From Tubiluchus corallicola (Eukaryota; Animalia; Priapulida), in assembly GCA_030141605.1 (NCBI GenBank), contig JAQGDQ010000752.1:15927-79926 (forward strand): a stretch of 64,000 nucleotides of DNA, in the 5' to 3' direction. Numbering within the stretch: position 1 is the stretch's first letter; the number at the start of each line of letters is the position of its first letter. Under the pieces are notes generated by a model. It worked only from the letters and a program-made list of their open reading frames with translations, searched no databases and had not been told where the DNA came from. The position numbers and the translations under genes were made by a program. This document shows positions 41,601 through 64,000 of this stretch, piece after piece.

Positions 41601-44600
41601 TGCTTTGGACAGCACCACAGAGACCGAAGATTTTGCTATCTTCCTCTGCTGAGATGTTGCTAACTCAAGTCGAAGGTAAGAAGACTGGTACTCTTTGCGC
41701 ACCCAAGACTGGATTCACATAGACATAGAACATTTATTTTCTCCAATTAGTTTAACATCAAAAGTTTTTTAAATATTAAGTAATTATAATCATGGAGCAG
41801 GGCAGGGAAGGTCCGTAGAGTCCTCCTGCCCTTTCTTATAAATATATTAGTCAAAAATTAATGGTGATGCTGCAGATAACAAAAAACAAAAACAAATAAG
41901 AAAAAATACAAATAAAAACAGTATAAATGATACAAATTATCCAAAAAGAACTGAAAACAAAAAATAATAAAGTTAGATACCTAAATCTAAACAAAACAAT
42001 ACAATTATTCAGTAATTAGGGTTATCATATGTTGTAGTTTCAAATGGGGTCTTATTAACAGGGGAATTTGACTAAGGTTAGCGAGTAAAGTTAAAAAACT
42101 GAGAGTATGAAAAGAAAAAATAAATATTAAAAAAGTGCAATATTGAAAAATTTATGAGAAAAGGTAAGTATGAGAAAGAGCAACAATTACTTAGGAGATG
42201 AGGACTGCCTACATAGTTTTATTACTCTCACTTTTATGCTTTTAAGCTCACTGAAGATATAAGAAACTGTAAGATGTCAACGGAGCTTGACAAAGTCGAC
42301 AAAATGTGGTTACCTAATACTTGCGTAACCATTGTGTAAGTTACACGACTCCCAGTCGATAATACAGATGCCGTCTAGTGTTAACCAAAATGGTAGCATA
42401 GCAATAAGTCGACTTGAACGATAGAGGGATTGATTGAAAGTTGGCAGGAGACTAGTTGACTTTAGCCTATGATTTAACTGCTTCATTACAACGGTTTTAT
42501 CTCATTTAGATTTTTTTACTGACTTTTGCCTTACTTTTTGCTTTATCTACTAAAACACTAAAACCTGAGCGAGTTGTTCAAAACATGGCTCTCAGTATTA
42601 TCAAAATATGACCATATTATTCCGAATGTCAAGAGTGCTGCTTTGGTTAACAATTAGATATTACGTTCAGTTTAAAGTATGTGACCTTACTTTTAAATCA
42701 CTAAAAGGGAAGCACAATCGTATTTGACAAAGATGTTCGAGTTTGCTACTTCAACATATACTTTAGGATTTCCTTGACAATCTACATATTAAGATATTAA
42801 AAACTAAGCAGGCAACGTTTGGGATAGAGTTTCAGTATTTGTGGAACACATTTATGGTACCAGTTGCCCATGAATTCTAAACTGGCTACGAAACTACAAA
42901 AGCATACTCAACAACTCAGCTGTTTCACTAAGTACCTATTTGTATAGTTTAGCAGCTTATAATTTTATGCTCGGCTAAAAGTCTTTTTACTAGTGTCCTC
43001 CTTAGGATAATGAAAGAATGACACTGACATTTCGTTGGACTCAACCAGCATCATCAAGTGGATTGCACGTCTTCGCTTTGTTTAACTCTGCTGCACTACA
43101 ATGGGTGGTGCAGAAATTTTTCTAGGGTGTTACAAAAACAACGGGTGCCATTGGAATTACCTGAAGCAATAGAAATCACCTAACAGACAGAGAAGAGAAA
43201 AAATGTGACAGAAGAGACACAAAAATGTGACAGAGGGACACAAAAATGTGACAGAGGGACATAAAAATGTGGCAGAAGAGACACAAAAATGTGACAGAGG
43301 AGACACAAAAATGTGACAGAGGGACACAAAAATGTGGCAGAAGAGACACAATAATGTGACAGAGGAGACGCAAAAATGTGGCAGAAGAGACACAAAAATG
43401 TGACAGAGGAGACACAAAAATGTGACAGAGGAGACACAAAAATGTGGCAGAAGAGACACAAAAATGTGACAGAGCAGACACAAAAATGTGACAGAGGGAC
43501 ATAAAAATGTGACAGAGGAGACACAAAAATGTGGCAGAGGGACACAAAAATGTGACAGAGGGACACAAAAATGTGGCAGAAGAGACACAAAAATGTGGCA
43601 GAAGAAACACAAAAATGTGACAGAGGGACAAAAATGTGGCAGAGGAGACACAAAAATGTGACAGAAGAGACACAAAAATGAACAGAGGTGACACAAAAAT
43701 GTGACAGAGGGACAAAAATGTGGCAGAGGAGACACAAAAATGTGACAGAGGGACAAAAATGTGGCAGAGGAGACACAAAAATGTGACAGAAGAGACACAA
43801 AAATGAACAGAGGTGACACAAAAATGTGACAGAGGAGACACAAAAATGTGACAGAGGGACACAAAAATGTGACAGAGGAGACACAAAAATGTGGCAGAGG
43901 AGAAACAAAAATGTGGCAGAAGAGACACAAAAATGTGGCAGAAGAGACACAAAAATGTGACAGAGGGACACAAAAAGGTGGCAGAGGAGACACAAAAATG
44001 TGGCAGAAGAGACACAAAAATGTGACAGAGGGACACACAAATGTGGCAGAGGAGACACAAAAATATGGCAGAAGAGACACAAAAATGTGACAGAGGTGAC
44101 GCAAATTTATTAGTAAACAGACAAACTTATGAGAAACGTATGTAGGCTTGCACAAATAATTTGAGAGCATGATTGATTCTCTGTTGGTTGAGAAGACTTC
44201 TATGTAACAATTGCTCTGTCCTGTTTCAACACTCCCTCCGGCAGAAAATTGTGTAATGCCGTGCAGGCATTGTATTTGATCAACATTTTATCGTGTTTTG
44301 CTCTAGATGTACTTTTACTCTGTGAAGCACAGCAGAAAGTGTCAAATAGTTTTATATTTTATTTTACTATTCAGATTTTCCATTTTAGGCATTGAGTTGA
44401 TGCCGGGCCGGCGGGCCCCATCCACCATCGCCCGCCCACTGCCCTTCTTCTCGCAGGGCAATCCACATGCGGCTCCGTCATTGGTTAATGGTATATGACA
44501 ATGTGGACGAACGGGTCTGCGGAGTTATTTCACTTTCAACATCGTAGTTACCTGGTTCTAAAATTTGACCTGTCAGAGACCGGTAACATCCCTACAAGTC

Positions 44601-44743
44601 GGAACCAAAGCTTTGATTTGGGAAGCTCCGAGGGAGAAAGTACTCCGAAAGGACCACATACGTCAGACGAATACCATACTCCAGAAATGGCAACCACACC
44701 TGAAATACCAACACCTATTGACGAGAGAGCCATGACGCTGTAA
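32572..44743 (+). CDS. Uncharacterised proline-rich multi-exon protein (candidate RFX-regulated/ciliary); exon structure partly ambiguous
   Basis: One phase-consistent model: 32572-32604, 33768-33896, 38925-39010, 41238-41256, 41357-41497, 41621-41675, 44389-44490, 44577-44743 (732 nt, 243 aa + stop). Exons are GC-richer islands with AG/GT ends; repeated LPP[LI] motifs. No recognised domain. Confidence 0.55.
33768..33896 (+). CDS. Unknown gene exon 2 (CDNCRGRTGLLPHFPPVQRPKEAVLPPLYGGRPFYPPKNSFDK)
   Basis: TTTTGCAG / GTAAGT, 129 nt open, phase 0-0. Confidence 0.7.
34590..37585 (-). mobile_element. Non-autonomous Helitron-like element split by about 2.3 kb of extra sequence
   Basis: 34590-35160 and 37458-37585 are reverse-complement matches to consecutive parts of 45350-46081; CTAG end with GC-rich subterminal motif. 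Confidence 0.6.
37900..38235 (-). mobile_element. RTE-like LINE 3' fragment
   Basis: Minus strand encodes KIRRLRWLGHLLKLPNEAAVRIAL, homologous to 50300-50750. Confidence 0.65.
38925..39010 (+). CDS. Unknown gene exon (HDHGPRSAVQFQVSGNQLPPIRRPVPRAT)
   Basis: TTACAG / GTAAGT. Confidence 0.62.
40422..40901. mobile_element. Tc1/mariner MITE, copy 2
   Basis: Same TIRs, TA TSD, shared ends with partly different middle. Confidence 0.88.
41357..41497 (+). CDS. Unknown gene exon, open in two frames
   Basis: TGACAG / GTATGT, GC-rich 141 nt. Confidence 0.62.
41613..41675 (+). CDS. Unknown gene exon with two possible acceptors (41613 or 41621)
   Basis: GACAG and CACAG acceptors, strong GAAG|GTAAG donor. 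Confidence 0.5.
43199..44100. repeat. Minisatellite of 18-22-bp variant units AAAAATGTG(A/G)CAGA(G/A)GAGACAC
   Basis: Direct reading; source of spurious ORFs 43157-44170. Confidence 0.95.
44389..44490 (+). CDS. Unknown gene exon (IELMPGRRAPSTIARPLPFFSQGNPHAAPSLVN)
   Basis: TTTTAG / GTATAT, phase 1-1, GC-rich. Confidence 0.55.
44577..44743 (+). CDS. Unknown gene probable last coding exon (TGNIPTSRNQSFDLG...ERAMTL*)
   Basis: TGTCAG acceptor phase 1, TAA at 44741-44743. Confidence 0.5.
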
Positions 44744-45349
44744 AGGTGATATGGGTGATGTAATGCACATTTTTACGCACAAGCGGCTACTCAAATTCCT
44801 TTACATATACATTATATATTCCTTTCTATGACATCCCACAGTCGGAATTCAAAACCAAATCTATCCAACAGCTAAACGTGGGAACGTTATCCAACATCAC
44901 TACTGTAAAGCCAGATAGAGACCCGCCATCCAAGCTTTGTGACCAGAAGGATCCCCGCATTGCCTGTTATCAACAGTGAAGGTAAATTATACATTCAAAC
45001 CTTTTTATAATGCTTCCATTTATAATGCCAAACTCGCTTAATGGCAATTTTTTGCAGTCTCAAAGTATACTGTGTAAAGAAGTTTGGCTATGTATCTACT
45101 TGTGTAGGTGTGAATCTGTGCATCTGTGAACTTTAGAACCAGTGCTTCAGACAGTTTGAAGGCCTTCATGTACACATTATTCCAAGGTTTTTTAACAGGT
45201 CTGTGAAACAATAACAAGTGTAAATTCTTTAGGTGATATTATAACTACAAGATCTGATTGGGTGTCAGTTCCAGTATTGACAAGTACCATCCTTGCCACT
45301 AGGAAAAAATGAACTAAAACAACACTTGTCAGTAAAGTATGAACAAGTA

Positions 45350-46081
45350 TATATATATAAAATTCGAGGCTACAGCTTTGATGACGGCACCATTAGCGGC
45401 GATCTATATATCAAACGAAAGGTCTCGATCTAGTGTCGTGCCATTGATGGTTTATTTTTCGAATTGGGCCCACCGGGAGGAACGGGAGGCGAAAAACCTC
45501 CAAAAATGGCCCTTTTTCGGCCGTTTTTTGCAAAAGTTATACGGCTGAGATGTAGAGAACGGGAATGGGCCGAGGAGGGTGCTGGGTTCAGCGGTGGGGG
45601 TAGTAGGCATATTTAGAAAGCGCGAGAGGGCCAGGGGGCCCCGCAACGGGCGTTTTCCCGGACCCAACTCGCGATTTTTTCGAAATTTTGACCAAATAGC
45701 CTGCGGGAAAAACGTTCTAGCGGCGCCTGGTGGGACTCTCGGAAGGAGATATACGGCTCATCAGAAAGAGGAAGAACGGGGCTACACGATGATGTGGGCT
45801 ATATGTTAGGACAGGTCCACCGAGAGGAGTACTGACGAGTTAATTAGATATTCTATTTTCGACAATTTTCGCTTAGAAAACTGCTGACGCAAAGGCATTG
45901 TTCTGACGTCATCCATGTACTCTGTCTATAATCTTATAGCTTTGATTCAGCAAAAAGCTGCTACAAACAGTAGGCAGGATGTTACGGGCTTTGTGTTATC
46001 AATGAGGACTAGGTAGGACGTTCGCGTATTATTGATTACACGTGTATTTATACGCAAAATCTTTTGCGGGGCCTTTGCTAG
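45350..46081 (+). mobile_element. Non-autonomous Helitron-like element
   Basis: Starts TATATATAAAATTCGAGG, ends GCGGGGCCTTTGCTAG|T; no TIR or TSD seen. Confidence 0.65.
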
Positions 46082-46659
46082 TTGTATCATTAAAAGCACT
46101 GTACATAATCAAATACTATTGTACATCATAATACCACAATACCACATGATGACAATCATCATTATTAAAATCACTGTTATCATATTATATATTTATATTA
46201 GTTTTATATTAGTACTATCATTCATCATCGCCTTGTGCATTATTCTTCTTCATCTTCATCCTCTTTTGTCAGAAGTGGAAGAGCTTCAGTCCGTACACCA
46301 ACTTGGGTGAGAAAAACGAGTTCTTCCGCTGGAGGTATGGACATTGGCATCTGTGTTACAGCGTTACAAGTGGTCCTTGACCACCCCCCTCCCAGACTGT
46401 AATGTCATCAGTGGACTGCGAGGACGAACAGGGGCTATCTCGGCCATTAAGCAGGTATTGCTGTGGACAGCATACTGCCTTCCAAGTGATCAACAGGAAT
46501 GTCTACATCAGTGTCTGATTCAGATACATAGCCTTCATAAGCAGTTTTTCATGGTGGCATCTCATCTAGCAATTTTTGCTGGTGCTCACGGGACAACTTC
46601 CAGTGGTCAATATTTGCTAGACAGATATCTCCTGATGTACCACTTTTGTCTGTCATGTT

Positions 46660-47720
46660 TTTAACTCAATGATTTGATAACGGTGCAGACTGACCCGCTC
46701 AATAACGACGTGGAATGATTCCCAAAATGCAGATATTTTGCCTTTTGGTTGGTTACACCAGAAAACTGTTTGTCCAGGGCGAAATTCTTTTTCAACAGAC
46801 CTTTTGTTTATAATTTCACGTTGCTTGTACCACGGTTCTGGTGTTCGCTTGTGTGTCTGCTGCTTTACGTAATCTTGATACTCCTGCGTATATCATCTGC
46901 ATAATGTTTACGTCTTGGCATAGTAATCAAATCATGCGGTAAATTTGCTGCTTTACCAAACATCAAATAATGGCTGCTATAAAGTTTAGAAGCAGACGGA
47001 GTGGTTCGTAATGAAAATAACACTTGGGGCAACATTTCATCCAAATTTTGTAGATTTTTTGCAACAACACAACTCAAGTGTGAGATATTTGTGCGATTTA
47101 AATTCTCTGCAGCTCCTTGACTTTCAGGTCTGTTAGGCGCGCTTATTATATAGTAGAACCTAGGGATTTATTCAAGTAGAACATTAATTGGTTCCTGAAC
47201 TCTGATCCACGGTCACTAGCTATAGTTTTAGTGACGCCAAAATTACGAGTTTACCTGTTTGAAAAATACATCTGCTACTTCAGCGGCCAATTTAGTATTA
47301 AGAGGATATGCTAAACTTTAGCAGCTAAAGGATATCCAGTGATATCATCTACTATTACAAGTACTGAAAGCCTGAATCCGTTTTTGTCAACTTGAGTATG
47401 TCCATTGTAATTCTTTCACTAGTTGGTGGAAATTCTCCTACCAAACTTGATTTTGATCGCATTTTACGACTTCGACAGGGTAAACAGGCATTGCGATATT
47501 CGTTAACTTGTGTGTACATTCCAGTCCAATAATGTTTAGTTTTTAAGCGCTCATACATGCGACGAGTACTGTTATGGCTGTGAAATGTTTCATGATATGC
47601 GTGAGTAAGAGCTTCAGTTAGTACTGTGGGAACAACAATGCATTCTGTAAGTCTTTCTTGATTAAAAGAATCCCGCTTAATTTTACAAGAAAGGCCGTCT
47701 TCATCAATTAAATGCTGATC
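46660..47720 (-). pseudogene. Degenerate Gypsy/Ginger-type integrase (HHCC + DDE), frameshifted
   Basis: HETFHSH...YWTGMYTQVNEYRNACLPC; ITMDIL; SDRGSEF; PESQGAAE; LPQVLFSLRTTP...HYLMFGK. Confidence 0.8.
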
Positions 47721-47898
47721 AAGTAATCAAGTAGACTGGGCAGAGGCTAACACTTGAAAAAATATGAAATCCAATTATAGGTTCTATGACACTATTTTCT
47801 AATGTTATTTTCTTTTATAAAATAGGCGGAATTACATATTTGCTAATTTTTAAAACAGTTTTGATGCTTTGATGTTTTTGCGTGATGTGGTAACTTAA

Positions 47899-48130
47899 AG
47901 GACCAGAAACGGGTACCTGAAGTAGGTTTCAGAAAAATCTCCTGCAATACTGTTCCGACCGCGCCATTACATAACGTTACCTATGCGCAACGTAAATCAG
48001 GGGAAGAAAATGCAATGTCAAATTACGTCCCAAAAAACTTTCCATGCAAAGTTATGTAGCTTAGCTTTTCACTTACCTGCTAGAAAGACTTACGTAACTA
48101 GAAAAGAAAATATTTAATTATTTAAAATGT
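47899..48130. mobile_element. Truncated copy of the same Kolobok-like family
   Basis: TTAA|AGGACCAGAAAC...CCTGAAGTAGGTTTCAGAAAAATC, shared with 13630. Confidence 0.65.
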
Positions 48131-48224
48131 AATATAATCGTAGTTGCGAATATAATCTTGTAATGCAAACATTTGCGCAATAAACTGAATTGAAATGAGT
48201 TACCATTCACTCATTCACGCTGTT

Positions 48225-48260
48225 GCGCCAAATTTTCAAAACCGCCAAGTTTGTTTTGAA
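48225..48260. promoter_or_regulatory. Candidate E2F (GCGCCAAA) and CHR-like (TTCAAA / TTTGAA) cell-cycle elements upstream of the NuMA-like gene
   Basis: Motifs clustered about 570 nt upstream of ATG, before a possible non-coding exon donor near 48423. Confidence 0.35.
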
Positions 48261-48803
48261 GATTAAAGACTGTTTGCTACTTTGGTTAACGATGTTAACG
48301 ATGAAGTTACGTATTAAAGCCTCTCTGTATTGTGCTAATAGCTTCAGTATTTAAATGACAACCGTGGGTGTCCTTAATCGTGTTGTTGAAGCTGTTTTTT
48401 TAGGCAACGACTACGCATTTTGGTAGGTAGTCATGTGGCTCAAGTCTGATATTCCAGTCTGACAAGTTTTAGTAAAATATTATGTTTGTGCTTTATTGTA
48501 ACCATTATCGGACAATCAGTTACTTGATTTTTCCTTTTGCATGTAGCTAAGTCGTTTAAAAATAGGTTGAACACCATTCCTGAAATACAGTTTAACTTTA
48601 ACTGCATGATGGTAGATCGTGAGTAATGTGTATAAAGTATAGTGAGGTTGTGTGTGACGTGTTTTTTAAGCACTTTTGGTGCTTTGGTATTGTTACTAAA
48701 ACAGTTCATTCTTCATTGGAATCTTTATTTCTTTGCAGTTTTTGTGATCTATTACCGAGCAAGAAGATAGTTCATTCATTTTTCTGTATGATAAGCTAGC
48801 AAG

Positions 48804-64000
<15,197 letters not shown>

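Noticed and set aside
43157-44170. About 300-aa Cys/His-rich ORFs in three frames
   Set aside because: Minisatellite artefact
38724-44981. TAA stop-codon reassignment or read-through in the orphan gene (several frames interrupted only by TAA, often CTG TAA)
   Set aside because: TAA is the commonest stop in AT-rich DNA, neighbouring genes show no in-frame TAA, and stop-free models exist

Overview
AT-rich, intron-rich animal (invertebrate-like) genomic DNA with GT-AG spliceosomal genes. I reconstructed exons by hand from splice sites and reading-frame phase. Three genes are visible. (1) Minus strand 27166 to <1: a BAR-domain plus RhoGAP gene of the ARHGAP17/ARHGAP44 (RICH/Nadrin) family, with two apparently paralogous alternative exons after the GAP domain. 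(2) Plus strand about 32572-44743: an unrecognised proline-rich gene whose promoter has a near-perfect RFX X-box, a CCAAT box and a CRE. It is a candidate ciliary gene, and one exon is open in two frames. (3) Plus strand 48804 to >64000: the 5' part of a NuMA-like Hook-domain/coiled-coil gene. Introns and intergenic DNA are packed with non-autonomous DNA transposons (hAT, Tc1/mariner, piggyBac-, Kolobok- and Helitron-like), a tRNA-derived SINE, LINE and integrase relics, minisatellites and long microsatellites. Most ORFs in the supplied track are repeat artefacts. No prokaryotic-type system (CRISPR, operon) is present.
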